A stretch of DNA of 64,000 nucleotides from Candidatus Poseidoniaceae archaeon. Its GTDB lineage: Archaea > Thermoplasmatota > Poseidoniia > Poseidoniales > Poseidoniaceae. A model generated the notes under the pieces. The model saw nothing but the letters and a program-made list of their open reading frames with translations. It was not told the DNA's origin and did not search any database. The stretch is from positions 157,094 through 221,093 of the forward strand of contig CASIAP010000005.1 in the NCBI GenBank assembly GCA_949372645.1, read 5' to 3'. This document shows, piece by piece, positions 22,601-32,146 of the stretch. The position numbers and the translations under genes were made by a program. Position 1 is the stretch's first letter, and each line of letters starts with the position of its first letter.

Positions 22601-25565
22601 TACTCAAGGTGTAATCATCATCTTCTGCAGTATAAATGATATCTTCATATGGTTCTGAGACGCCATTTACAGTAATATTTCTGGTTTGTACATAATCCAA
22701 GCCAGCAGTTAGTAGATATGCAATGTTATTAACCCCGTTTCCATCATTTCCTGTTAAACTATCAAGGCCAGAATCCTGATTCGACGAGGCGATCCCAAGG
22801 GTTCGGTTAGCAAAGGTAGAGAAGTTCCAAGAGTCACATGTTTCGCAAGAACCGTACAAGTAATCCTGAGAGAAAAGAATTAGAGAACCTCCGGAGTTTA
22901 CGTACGTCGAAAGATGGAATTCGTCACTTTCAGTAAGTGGATAGTAATCAGGACCAGTTGTCCATATAACTGTGCGATATTGTTGCAAGATTCCTAAACC
23001 AGGTCCGTCTTCCCCAGTTGTGTCGAACACCCCATCGCGATTAGTGTCTCCAACGTAAAATAAATCAAAGTCTTGATCTATAATCTCAGCTACTGTCATT
23101 GTTGCTTGGAAAATTGTTTCCTCTCCATTTGTTGGATTCAGAGCTGATGAATTCCAAGCGGATGGCTCCGCAGCATAATTTGCACCTTCAGTATCAATTA
23201 CCAATAATATTCCATTGTCTGAGACATCAATTATTGGCAAATCAGGCACTTCGAAATCGAACTCTAATGATGCATTGGCAATTTCACTCATATTTTGATC
23301 ATACAAAACTGCGGCGGCATAGTGGAGATCTTGAATCCAAAGGTGCTCCCATGTAACTGCCCAACTTTCTGTCGAAGATTGAGGGGAAAAAGTATTGTAA
23401 TCATAAAATAGGTTTACCCATTCGTAATTCCCTGACGATTGATTCAATTCTAATACGTCTAACTGGATAGCAACTGTATATTGGTTTGTAGTTGATAATC
23501 CGGTCATGTTTACAAATCCTCCCTCAACACCCGCATCTGTGGTAATTGATTCTGTTCCAACACTGTTTGATGCGCTGTTGGTAACGACAGGTTCCCCTGC
23601 TCCTTCTTCGGAGAAGTTTTCTGCGTCAACCTCCCCTGGAGTGCCTATCTGTGCTGGAGGGTTTGAATTTGGGATTACATCGATGCCATATGTTGTCGAT
23701 ACCGAATTATCTCCATCGGTTACTTGAACTGTGACAACATTCAATCCCGGACTTGAGTAAGTATGGGGGATCGTCGCACCTGAGCTCAGGGTTTGGTTGG
23801 TTCCATCTCCCAACCATAGAATAATGCTATCGGGGCTAGAAATATTATCCAAGGATACGGTAATCGACACTGAATTGCCGACTTCTACTTGACTAAGATT
23901 AGATGATATACTGACTGTTCCAAGATATGGTTGTTGCGTTACAACTACGGTTGTCGAAACTGGCGTAGATGTCGCCACATTATCACGAACTCTACTGATA
24001 ATTTCATATGTTCCCGGGTTCGAAAACATACGGCTGAAACTGGTATCACTTGACCAATCTGTAACACTACCGTCACCCCAACTTACAGATGTTTCCAAAA
24101 CATCATTCTCTGCGTCTTGGCTGCTCGACGAATCAAGAGTAATACTTTGGCCAGTGAATATCTGTGTTGTGGAAAGAGTGATACCTGCTTGCGGAATATT
24201 ATTCGGCGGAGGTGGTGAAGGTAATACTGGCATTGACGAAGTATGAACTGCCGAAGTCATAGTTGATTGCAAATGTGATGATGAGGATGAAAATAGATTT
24301 TGAACAAGTGGTATGCGAATTGGATTATCCCAGCCCTTTATGGCCCAAAGAGTCTCACCAAGTGATCCAGCCCAAACAAACAAGTTTATTCTTTTTGAAC
24401 TCGGTCTAATCTCTAAATTTACTGAATAAGATTCTGTTGAATTACCAACATAAACGAAACTTAATCCAGATAGCAACTCATCCTCAAGAGGATTTATTTG
24501 TCTAATTTCAGAAGTAGATGGCACTAATGTATCATCGGTTCTACCATCACTAAATCCTAATGGCATAGAATTGGCAATCCTTTCAGCGTGACTGTCAGTA
24601 GATTGTTGTAATGTTGTAACATCGTTCGCAACATTGATTTTAGCCAAAGATTGAAGATAGAAATCAATATCTAGGCTCAACGTAAGCCAGACCTCTACAA
24701 AATAACTCAAAACTTCCAACGCTGCAGCAGCTCCTGCCCCAGCACCAAGGTTACTAAGCACTGACTTTGCAAACTGAACAAGATCAATCTCAACCAAGTT
24801 AATGTAACCGCTCAAGTCCAGATTACTGCCTAAGCCATTCAAACTGGTAGCGTTTGAAACTGCAGTGAAGTTGTCCCACAGATATATCTTGTTAGTGTTG
24901 ACTCCAGGGATATTGAAGCCTAATTCTCTATGCGTACCATCACCATCAACGTCAACAAGAGTTGGGAAAGGTATCTCAAACCTGAATGTTTGAATTGTGT
25001 GTTCATGGCCAACAGGAGTGTATTTTCTGTAGATTTCAAAAACAATTGAGGTCTTCAAACTCAAATTAAATACCTCATTACTCTCAATAATTTCATGAGT
25101 TACAGTGGTTGCTTGATTTTGAGAAGAGGTAATAGTCTCCTTCACTTTGACGGTTCCCGAATGATTCAACCTGTAATGATATTCTATTCTACCATTGAAT
25201 GTATATTCCTCATTTTCTAGAATATCTTTGCTGCTTTTCTGCCATGTGGTTACGGAATGATCGTGAACGCCTCTGAATCTCTCGTCGCAATTCCAGTCCG
25301 AATACATCCCTTGAAACCATTCACAAATTTTATTGTCATAGTGAATTTTTTCAGGAGTCGTGGCAAGTGTCATGTTTTCTTGAGTAAGCCACTTATTGGA
25401 AATAAAATCAACGGTTTCATTGAACTCCAAATCATAGGTTTCGTTTTCTGTTACGTGCCACTTAGTAATCTCGTCTAATGATTGCACTGGAACGGTTACT
25501 GTGATCATAAGTAAAGTAAGAAAGGCGCAAACCGCCGTGGAATTTCTGGCTGCTTCTCTGCTCAT
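19620..25565 (-). CDS. Large secreted, membrane-anchored protein with PKD and cadherin/Ig-like domains (about 1980 aa)
   Basis: Likely start MSREAARN followed by a signal peptide; PKD motifs (SWGDGS, WLGDGT...HTYSSPG); NNPPII/DIDGD cadherin-like units; TM plus RRK; Trp-rich tail. The ORF-track start at 25790 lies in the tRNA-linked repeats and is unlikely. Confidence 0.85.
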   Translation of the reverse strand: MSREAARNSTAVCAFLTLLMITVTVPVQSLDEITKWHVTENETYDLEFNETVDFISNKWLTQENMTLATTPEKIHYDNKICEWFQGMYSDWNCDERFRGVHDHSVTTWQKSSKDILENEEYTFNGRIEYHYRLNHSGTVKVKETITSSQNQATTVTHEIIESNEVFNLSLKTSIVFEIYRKYTPVGHEHTIQTFRFEIPFPTLVDVDGDGTHRELGFNIPGVNTNKIYLWDNFTAVSNATSLNGLGSNLDLSGYINLVEIDLVQFAKSVLSNLGAGAGAAAALEVLSYFVEVWLTLSLDIDFYLQSLAKINVANDVTTLQQSTDSHAERIANSMPLGFSDGRTDDTLVPSTSEIRQINPLEDELLSGLSFVYVGNSTESYSVNLEIRPSSKRINLFVWAGSLGETLWAIKGWDNPIRIPLVQNLFSSSSSHLQSTMTSAVHTSSMPVLPSPPPPNNIPQAGITLSTTQIFTGQSITLDSSSSQDAENDVLETSVSWGDGSVTDWSSDTSFSRMFSNPGTYEIISRVRDNVATSTPVSTTVVVTQQPYLGTVSISSNLSQVEVGNSVSITVSLDNISSPDSIILWLGDGTNQTLSSGATIPHTYSSPGLNVVTVQVTDGDNSVSTTYGIDVIPNSNPPAQIGTPGEVDAENFSEEGAGEPVVTNSASNSVGTESITTDAGVEGGFVNMTGLSTTNQYTVAIQLDVLELNQSSGNYEWVNLFYDYNTFSPQSSTESWAVTWEHLWIQDLHYAAAVLYDQNMSEIANASLEFDFEVPDLPIIDVSDNGILLVIDTEGANYAAEPSAWNSSALNPTNGEETIFQATMTVAEIIDQDFDLFYVGDTNRDGVFDTTGEDGPGLGILQQYRTVIWTTGPDYYPLTESDEFHLSTYVNSGGSLILFSQDYLYGSCETCDSWNFSTFANRTLGIASSNQDSGLDSLTGNDGNGVNNIAYLLTAGLDYVQTRNITVNGVSEPYEDIIYTAEDDDYTLSIFETYNEFSGTYESVGISRMIIDDDGENTGRLSYFAFDPASIVNRYDLELLILQSVNWSLQEFTSQETPENATPIYIGQDGASPFYVDAYGHKWYSIRAEPGRLFSIEFTGEEIDGVTLYDEAGTTILGTFTSSFVDDSWSITTSTSHSDVFSIKVENWNYQAQTWIGVESAYVNDDNPACWEYEYRDDLLYPPTLIVDVDLVSDQLVPYLSQGPDYSSSCYEAYLYSGITYAVTVELLGDFISSENNNDSLSVFMDVADLTYTNWWMAESAQNSNILEAVVTPSNSGYHEVGVTLYGYENPHIINGNYQIHIWELPSYHLPDDDYVEANPLTEGSHYGWIDSQEDSLDILSWEVFDGEAQDIFIYFDRSIEASISAVWVPDDITQAIYVIDEFNATEGGILSIDEMGMGQVYLTIEAFSGRANYSVFVEESIESPMLPFGDIIFSEIGVIDDLDYWAVDILPGLPVVITLGTADELFNLSGAYSLTAWAVGPSGNIIYPNSDNYFIFADVEGGTYEIIIEGQGGGYWLWAFIDYEPLIYTEPSKSAVAGETYSTTFEAVHWIESLNRGWYLPALLTYSIEEGPDGLVIDALTGELSMTVTSADVGVHSVAIVAESDWIVSLRYSYNLTVNDQPNNPPIIDEIVGIVAQEGGYIEFGITATDIDGDNLSIQLLNSPNGMVLDVDTWRISWTPLNAGSYTFIIEVSDERGESSSINPTITVFPQDVPIVRIIATSTPWEGIEKETAVVNVLVSLENATTYDCRLGYPITGQIIDQNCVLTWENIPEGTHSVDIIVSSGIAEYSHTVMLNALQNLTDDNNNIDNETNDDDNQGNITDNEDNQNAGSSDDQEIVTDADDIASSSGFSVIILSSIIGVFVLIISGAVFVILRRKGNGDSLPQKSYQQPIESSHYVAPNNLNQQIEAETFTTPVIKSNAVEQNYLPEIPLVQSETPVSTPPLEMVGQQDQHGYEWVQFNGLTWYKQSGTNGVWTKWES

Positions 25566-25657
25566 CGGCATTTGTTTATTCTGTACATAGATATACTTAA
25601 CCCACCAAATTCTATGTTGCAGGGTAAATACATTAGCGTGTTGAGGACAATAGCAAA

Positions 25658-25860
25658 GGACAATCCGAACTGATAGAATTAGAGTCCCGCTCCCAGGAGA
25701 GAGGGCTGTGAACGAAGTCGAACAAACTCTCGACTCGTGCGGACGAGCACGACTAAAATCTGATGCTATCGAAGTGGTCCCCGCTCCCATGAGTGAGGAT
25801 GTGAATGGCGGCGAATCTCCTCACGATAGAGCGTGGACGAACCGAATGGCTACGATTAGA
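25658..25860 (-). repeat. tRNA-linked degenerate tandem repeats (about 2.3 copies of 84-93 bp); full units end in the tRNA-Tyr 3' end
   Basis: gtccc(c)gctccca at 25684, 25777 and 25861 (the tRNA); intervening sequences align with each other. Confidence 0.8.
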
Positions 25861-25861
25861 G

Positions 25862-25960
25862 TCCCCGCTCCCAGACTTGAACTGGGGACACCCTGATGTC
25901 TGCTGAGACGATTGAATTAACAACTACAGTCAGGTGCTCTACCAACTGAGCTAAGCGAGG
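25862..25960 (-). tRNA. tRNA-Tyr(GTA) with a 26-nt intron at 37/38 (25898-25923)
   Basis: CCTCGCTTAGCTCAGTTGGTAGAGCACCTGACTGTAG-[intron]-ATCAGGGTGTCCCCAGTTCAAGTCTGGGAGCGGGGA; BHB-like CUGU/GCAG helix with AG^U and AC^A bulges. Confidence 0.95.
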
Positions 25961-26209
25961 TATTCCTTCGCACCAACCACCAGTACTTAATCCTCATCAA
26001 TCGAAGGCGAGATGGAAAGTTGATGCTTGGGCTGAAAAACCAAGAGAATGCCTGAACAAACCCTTACCTTATCATAGGTAGAGGTTCTTGACACAATACG
26101 AGTGTGTTGGAATGAACAATTTACTATCAAAATCGGCCTCTGAGATGGCTTGGGAAAGTGCGCGCTTAAGTAGGGTAAGAGTAGGCTCTCGGAATCAGGA
26201 TGTGTAGGG

Positions 26210-27364
26210 ATGGGACCCAGTACTTCAGGAACTGAAAACAACACACTCGCCGATATGGTGAACGAGATGGCCAAAGAGGCAAAGCGCGGAGCTACAGCCC
26301 TTATGGATGATGAAGTTGGTTCTCTCGGTGTACCGAATCCTCGTATCCTGATTGTTGGTTGTGGTGGTTCTGGAAACAACACACTCAACCGTATTACTCA
26401 CTTAGGAGTTGAAGGCGCAGTCACCGTTGCCATCAATACCGATAAGCAACATTTAGACCATACCAGGGCTTTGCAAAAACTCCTGGTTGGCCGTCATATT
26501 ACCCGTGGACTTGGTGCTGGAGGTGACCCTTCAACTGGCCGAAGATGTGCTGAAGCAGGTCGTGAAATGATTCGCCGTATTGTCACAGGTGCAGACCTTG
26601 TCTTCATCGCCAGTGGCTTGGGCGGTGGCTCAGGAACTGGAATTTGTCCAATTGTGGCTGAAGAAGCAAAAGCTGCTGGTGCTCTTGTTGTAGGAATCGT
26701 TACAACGCCATTCCATGTTGAGCGACGACAACGCATGACAAAAGCACTCGAAGGTTTAGAATCGCTACGCAGAGTTGCAGATGCTGTCTTGGTGCTTGAC
26801 AACAACCGTTTGTTACACTACGTGCCTCACCTCCCATTGGATGAGGCGTTCTCGATCATGGACCAACTGGTCGCAGAAATCGTCAAAGGAATTGTTGAGA
26901 CCATCACCTTGCCTTCACTCATCAATCTTGATTTCGCTGACGTTCGAGCCATTATGGCCAACGGTGGCGTTACCATGATGCTCTATGGAGAGAGTGACCG
27001 TGGCCCGGAAGAAGTGGTTCATGAAGCACTCAACCATCCGCTGTTAGATGTGGACATCTCTGGTGCGACCGGTGTTTTGATTCACGTGACTGGTGGCCGA
27101 TACATGACTTTGGATACCGCATCTCAAGTGGTCGAATTATTGACTTCAAAGGTCAGCGAGGATGCCAACGTCATTTGGGGAGCTCGACAAGATGCTGGAT
27201 TTGGTGATACCATCAAAGTCATGGCCATCATTACCGGTGTGGGTGGAACTGATTTGCGAACCGCTCGAATGCAACCAAACCTACTCGGAGATGCTCTGCG
27301 ATTAACTCAAGACCAAGGCGGAGTTCAACGCAATGACGACCTTGGTTTCCAACGATTCGACTGA
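26210..27364 (+). CDS. ftsZ: Cell division protein FtsZ (FtsZ2-type)
   Basis: GCGGSGNN, GLGAGG, GLGGGSGTG, LDNNRLL, PSLINLDFAD. Confidence 0.97.
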   Translation: MGPSTSGTENNTLADMVNEMAKEAKRGATALMDDEVGSLGVPNPRILIVGCGGSGNNTLNRITHLGVEGAVTVAINTDKQHLDHTRALQKLLVGRHITRGLGAGGDPSTGRRCAEAGREMIRRIVTGADLVFIASGLGGGSGTGICPIVAEEAKAAGALVVGIVTTPFHVERRQRMTKALEGLESLRRVADAVLVLDNNRLLHYVPHLPLDEAFSIMDQLVAEIVKGIVETITLPSLINLDFADVRAIMANGGVTMMLYGESDRGPEEVVHEALNHPLLDVDISGATGVLIHVTGGRYMTLDTASQVVELLTSKVSEDANVIWGARQDAGFGDTIKVMAIITGVGGTDLRTARMQPNLLGDALRLTQDQGGVQRNDDLGFQRFD

Positions 27365-27435
27365 AAAATCGGACACTTCTTTGCTCATTGAGGCAAAGAC
27401 AAGGATTCGTAAGCGTAAAATGGAGGGAGCGCGGC

Positions 27436-28271
27436 ATGTCAACCATGCGAGCCAAGACACTTGTTGCACTTCTTGTCACTGCTTTGATGCTAACACCTGT
27501 TCAAGCAGGCGATGTTACCGCCATGCAAAGTGAACCTGTTGAAGATCCAAAACAGCCCGATGTCGATAACCAAACGATGTATATGTACTTCAATGGTTCA
27601 AATGGCGATGTGGCATGGACTCATTTCCAAAACATGGATAATGACAGTGAAGAAGCATACACAGACGAGAACGAAAATGGACAAGTCAATGTTGACATCT
27701 CATTCCGAATGACGCCTGAACTTACCAAGAGAATTTACATTGAAGCAGATGGCTTGATTCGTGGCTCATTCAAAATCAATGTTCAAGGTGACTGGACCAA
27801 CGATAACGATGGAAACACAGCATGTGGACAAAACGACTGCGATGAGCTGAACATCACGCTCATGGCTGGACCAAACATCATTGGAGAGCACCACGAAACT
27901 GGATTGGTTCAAGGCGATAACACGGTTGTGTTTAATTTCCAAATGGAGGAAGATACAGTTGTTGATTGGAACAAAAAAGATTTCAACCCCGTCGTAAAGG
28001 TGGAAATGAAACTACAAGGGAATTATGATGAGGGAGAACTTTGGAATTACTACAGACTGGAGAACCTGCAAGTTTTTCAATGCAAATGGGTATGGACAGT
28101 TTCCTTGAATTACCAATCGATGAAGCCTCATGGGACGAGAGTTTCCAAGACGGCGGCGAACTCGGTGCTGATATGGAAGACACACCTGGATTCACACTGG
28201 TCGTTGCATCGGCTGCCATTGCAATGGCGGTCTTTGTCAACATCGGCAAGGAAGAAGAAACCGAAGCGTGA
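27436..28271 (+). CDS. Secreted protein with PGF-CTERM-like tail; frameshift near 28040-28055
   Basis: GGAGG then ATG at 27436 and a signal peptide; the acidic sequence continues in ORF 28041-28271, ending DTPGF-TM helix. Confidence 0.7.
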
Positions 28272-28272
28272 T

Positions 28273-29622
28273 TCAGCGCATTGCTTGAATCGCTGCTGCT
28301 AGAGCATCGGCATTGAGGCCAACCGCTTGTTGTTCTCCAGATACCAAACTCTTGACCATTGCTTGACCGTTCTCAAGGTCTCGTGGTCCGATAACAACGG
28401 TAAATTGGCATCCGATTGAATTAGCCCACTTCATCGCTTTCGGGATCTTACGTCCTCGAAGTTCAAGTTCGATTCGCTCACCTGCTGCGCGCAAACTCGC
28501 TACAATTGGAAGTACGCCTGCTACGTCTATTCCGAATGGAATGAATGCAACCAAACCTTTCGGGTCCGTCTCGCCTGGAACAACTTCACTGCGACCACTG
28601 GCTTCTGCTTGGGCTTCAAGAGCCAATAAGACGCGGTCAAAGCCAAGACCAAATCCGCAACTCGGGTCAAGGTCAGGCAGGCCAAACAGATGGAGCAGTT
28701 TGTATGAACCACCACCAAGCACTTGTCCTTCGCCACCAAGTTCAGGGACTTTGACTTCAAACACCATACCGGTGTAGTAATCCAATCCACGAGCGACGGT
28801 CAAATCCACAGCCAGTGAAGGAGGAGTGGGTGCTAATGCAGCAACCGCCTCAAGGGTGGTTTGCAAATCATCCAGTGCTTCAAGAGAAACGCCTTCAAGT
28901 GAAGTGAGAATCTCACGGGCTGGTCCAAGTGTCTCAATTCCACCTTCAAGGTCAGCAAGAGCACGTAAAGGTGCCGTATTGTCGGGATTGATTCCATTAT
29001 CGGTGAACAGTTTCGCTAAACCAGCATCGTCGCCTTTGTCGAGAAAACGCATTGCACTGGCAACAGGTGGCTCATTGGCACCTTCAGGAGTATCGGCAGA
29101 AAGCCCCAATCCAGTAAGCGCACCTTTGAGAATACCAACATGACCAATACGAATCTCCCAGTTTTCAAGACCACACGCATCGAGCATGTCAATGGCTAAA
29201 GCGATGACTTCTGCTTCTGCCAGAGGCCCAGATTCGCCAACCAATTCGACACCGTATTGGAAAAATTCACGGTATCGGCCTTTCTTTGATTCTTCATAGC
29301 GATAGCATTGACCATAGTACGAAAGACGGAGCGGTTTTTGCAGCATTTGCATGCCTTCTTCGGCAATCATCCGCATCACTGGTGCTGTTAATTCCGGCCG
29401 GAGAGTCAACGGTCGCTCACTCTTATCCTCGAAGGCATAGAGTTGGGAGACGATGCCAGGACCGGATTTAGCGGTGAACAAATCAAGAGACTCGAAAATA
29501 GGAGTTTGAATGCGGGAAAAACCATGACGGCGGGCACGCTCTTCCAAGAGTTGCTCAAAAGCCAAACGACGCGCCATCACCTTTGGCGTGAAGTCGCGAG
29601 TCCCACGTGGGCGTTGCACCAT
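28273..29622 (-). CDS. hisS: Histidine--tRNA ligase
   Basis: RPRGTRDF, LRPELTAP, GRYREFFQ, RGLDYYTG, GFGLGFDR; start moved to MVQRPRG. Confidence 0.97.
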   Translation of the reverse strand: MVQRPRGTRDFTPKVMARRLAFEQLLEERARRHGFSRIQTPIFESLDLFTAKSGPGIVSQLYAFEDKSERPLTLRPELTAPVMRMIAEEGMQMLQKPLRLSYYGQCYRYEESKKGRYREFFQYGVELVGESGPLAEAEVIALAIDMLDACGLENWEIRIGHVGILKGALTGLGLSADTPEGANEPPVASAMRFLDKGDDAGLAKLFTDNGINPDNTAPLRALADLEGGIETLGPAREILTSLEGVSLEALDDLQTTLEAVAALAPTPPSLAVDLTVARGLDYYTGMVFEVKVPELGGEGQVLGGGSYKLLHLFGLPDLDPSCGFGLGFDRVLLALEAQAEASGRSEVVPGETDPKGLVAFIPFGIDVAGVLPIVASLRAAGERIELELRGRKIPKAMKWANSIGCQFTVVIGPRDLENGQAMVKSLVSGEQQAVGLNADALAAAIQAMR

Positions 29623-29692
29623 GAGCGTTCCACGGACCGACTGTTCATCACCTCTTCGCCTTGAAACGAGGTGACCATGGTGTTTGTGGGCA

Positions 29693-30415
29693 TCATTCTT
29701 CTTCGAGGTGACCGAACCAATTGTCGCTCCAATCTGTTTCGATAGGAGCCTCTTCTTCCTCCAGCGACCATTCAGGTTCACGGTCCGATTCAGATGAGAC
29801 TTGAGACAGCATGTCTAAATCAGGTGCAGATGGAATCGATGCTTCGATCGCATCTGAAATTTCATTGATGTCCAACTCAAGAACGGCTTCTTGTTCTTCA
29901 GCATCAGAGGAAAGTTCTGGAAGAGTCTCAGAGGCGGCTTCTTGTTCTTCAAACACAAAACCTTGATCTTGGCGAACTTTCACCAGCTCTGCAACATCAT
30001 GGACGTCATCATCGTTGGCTTCGGACTCCAATTCATTCCCAATGAGAGCTGCTTCTGCCGATGGAGCAGTGTCGTGATGTTCGGTAAAGGACTTCACGGG
30101 AGTTTGAGGTTCCATATCAAAGGCAGCAAAAGCGTTGGAGACTTCACCTGTTGGAGGTGGTAATGCTCGTTCCCGTTCTTCTGCCTTACGTCGTTGGTAC
30201 AAGGCTTGTTCTTCTAAGGCGGCTTTTTCTTGATTCATCTGTGATTCAACTGCACGCCACATTTGTGTTTCTTTTTCTTTTTTGACAAGAGATTCTTCTC
30301 GTTCAATCTGAGCTTCACTCGGCTCATCATACCGTTTCCAAAACCACCATGAGATGACAATAAGAATCACTGAAGCGAGAAGACCAATCGTCAATGTTTC
30401 GACGAGGTCGTCCAT
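29693..30415 (-). CDS. Hypothetical membrane-anchored acidic protein
   Basis: N-terminal TM, coiled-coil-like region, acidic tail; operon-like spacing. Confidence 0.75.
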   Translation of the reverse strand: MDDLVETLTIGLLASVILIVISWWFWKRYDEPSEAQIEREESLVKKEKETQMWRAVESQMNQEKAALEEQALYQRRKAEERERALPPPTGEVSNAFAAFDMEPQTPVKSFTEHHDTAPSAEAALIGNELESEANDDDVHDVAELVKVRQDQGFVFEEQEAASETLPELSSDAEEQEAVLELDINEISDAIEASIPSAPDLDMLSQVSSESDREPEWSLEEEEAPIETDWSDNWFGHLEEE

Positions 30416-30427
30416 AGCATCAACTCA

Positions 30428-32134
30428 TCATACAAGTTCTGCATCTAGTGTATAATCCTTCGAAAGGTGTTCAAATCCTGGAGCAACCTCTCCCAAAGCA
30501 ACAACCAATTCATCATCGCCACCTGGTAATGTTGAGATGTCAACATCTGCACCGTTTGGAATATTTCGATACAATGGGCGTCGAATAAGGAATTTGTTGA
30601 AGAAGATAAACAAGGTTGCCACAACGCCCCAGAAGAGGAAAATGATTGAGAGACCTTTTGGATTTGATGGATCCCATACATTTGGTGTATTCGCAACCAT
30701 GTCGCTGAAGTAGGAAAGCATCAAAACTGCGAACAAGATTGGGAATGCCAAATACATCAACAAATCCCACCATCGGCCAACATGCATGTCGTTATCTCCC
30801 GTGTTGATGAAATCATCTCGGAAAGCAGATACGCCAAAGCCAAGATAGCCTTTGAAACCAGGAGGCGCGACGCCTGCTTCGACACCGGACTTCCATCGGT
30901 AGTATCCATACTTCCAGATGGAGAAAGCGATAAACAGGCCCGAGAACATGAGGCCGTAGCCCCAGATGTGGTCTTGAACTTCTAAGAATTCAGGGAAAGC
31001 GACCCCATTACTGTCAAGCTTCACCCACATCACTGCGGAAGGAAGACCGAACATGAACAAAGCCACACCGGTAAGAGCGACTGATTTTCCACGCTCATAG
31101 CCGTGGTCAACGAAATTCCGAACACATAATTCGACGGTTGAAATCATTGAGGTCATCGCAGCAAATGAAAGCGCCAAAAAGAATCCCGCCATCATAAACA
31201 GCGGACCGATTGGTGCAAACGGTGCGAGTGCGAACACTTCAGGCAAAGCGAGGAACGTGATGGCAGACGAGCCTCCAGTCACGGTTGCTAATGGGTCTGG
31301 GTTGACAGCAAAGATAGCTGAAAGAACCGCAAGACCTGCGATAATCGAGATGCTGTTATTTGCCAATCCCATTGTGAAAGCATTGAGAACAGTGTCCTCA
31401 TCTTTACTCATGTAGACAGCATAGGTGATACACATACCCATCCCTGCAGAACAGGACCAGGCGGATTGCGATAACCCGTTAATCCATACTTCGGGTTCCA
31501 TTAACATGTCAAAGTCAACAGTGAACATGAACAAAGCTCCGTCGAGAGTGCCGTCGGAAAAGTCCATCCAAAGTGAAAGGAAGAGGGTAAGGAAGAGTAA
31601 AGCAAACAAAGAAATCATCAGATAAAAGTTAACCTTTTCAATCGCTTTTGCTCCTTTCCAAATAGCAGCAAGCGTCAGGACAATCACCAAGAATTGGAAG
31701 AAGATAACTTGTCCAGGATTTTGTAAAAAGGCATTCCATACTTCAGTTGTGTCAACATCTTCGCCGTTCAGTGCACCGGTGATTCCCAGTTGGAAATATT
31801 TGATGGTCCAGCCGGAAACAACGGCATAATAGAAACCTATAGCTGTTGAAATCCAGGCAGTCCACAGGCCCATCCAAGCGAATTTCTTTCCAGCGAAAAT
31901 ACGGAATGTTCCGATGGTTCCTGTTCGGCTTCTCTTCCCCATTGCGTATTCTGCAATGACCAGAGGTATCGACCAGATGAACAAGAAAAACAGCCATGGA
32001 ACAAGGAAGGTTCCACCACCATTCGCGCCAACCATACGAGGGAAACGCCAAATGTTACCGGTACCAATAGCGGCACCAATCGAAGCAAAGATAAGGCCCA
32101 TACGGCCATTGAATTGGTCGGAATCTTCTGCCAT
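30428..32134 (-). CDS. Sodium-dependent transporter, NSS/SNF family
   Basis: GAAIGTGNIWRFP...NGGGTFL; about 12 TM. Confidence 0.95.
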   Translation of the reverse strand: MAEDSDQFNGRMGLIFASIGAAIGTGNIWRFPRMVGANGGGTFLVPWLFFLFIWSIPLVIAEYAMGKRSRTGTIGTFRIFAGKKFAWMGLWTAWISTAIGFYYAVVSGWTIKYFQLGITGALNGEDVDTTEVWNAFLQNPGQVIFFQFLVIVLTLAAIWKGAKAIEKVNFYLMISLFALLFLTLFLSLWMDFSDGTLDGALFMFTVDFDMLMEPEVWINGLSQSAWSCSAGMGMCITYAVYMSKDEDTVLNAFTMGLANNSISIIAGLAVLSAIFAVNPDPLATVTGGSSAITFLALPEVFALAPFAPIGPLFMMAGFFLALSFAAMTSMISTVELCVRNFVDHGYERGKSVALTGVALFMFGLPSAVMWVKLDSNGVAFPEFLEVQDHIWGYGLMFSGLFIAFSIWKYGYYRWKSGVEAGVAPPGFKGYLGFGVSAFRDDFINTGDNDMHVGRWWDLLMYLAFPILFAVLMLSYFSDMVANTPNVWDPSNPKGLSIIFLFWGVVATLFIFFNKFLIRRPLYRNIPNGADVDISTLPGGDDELVVALGEVAPGFEHLSKDYTLDAELV

Positions 32135-32146
32135 TCAATTCCCTCC

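Noticed and set aside
25566-25790. 75-aa N-terminal extension of the 2056-aa ORF
   Set aside because: Runs through the tRNA-linked repeats; the signal peptide follows the Met at 25565/25571
25658-25860. Mini-CRISPR or extra tRNA genes
   Set aside because: The shared core is only 12-13 bp and tRNA-derived, the intervening sequences resemble each other, and no cloverleaf forms
25961-26209. cdrS-like ribbon-helix-helix gene upstream of ftsZ2
   Set aside because: Only very short plus-strand ORFs with no RHH resemblance
28040-28055. Programmed frameshift in the gene after ftsZ
   Set aside because: No slippery heptamer or stimulatory structure seen; an indel error or mutation is simpler
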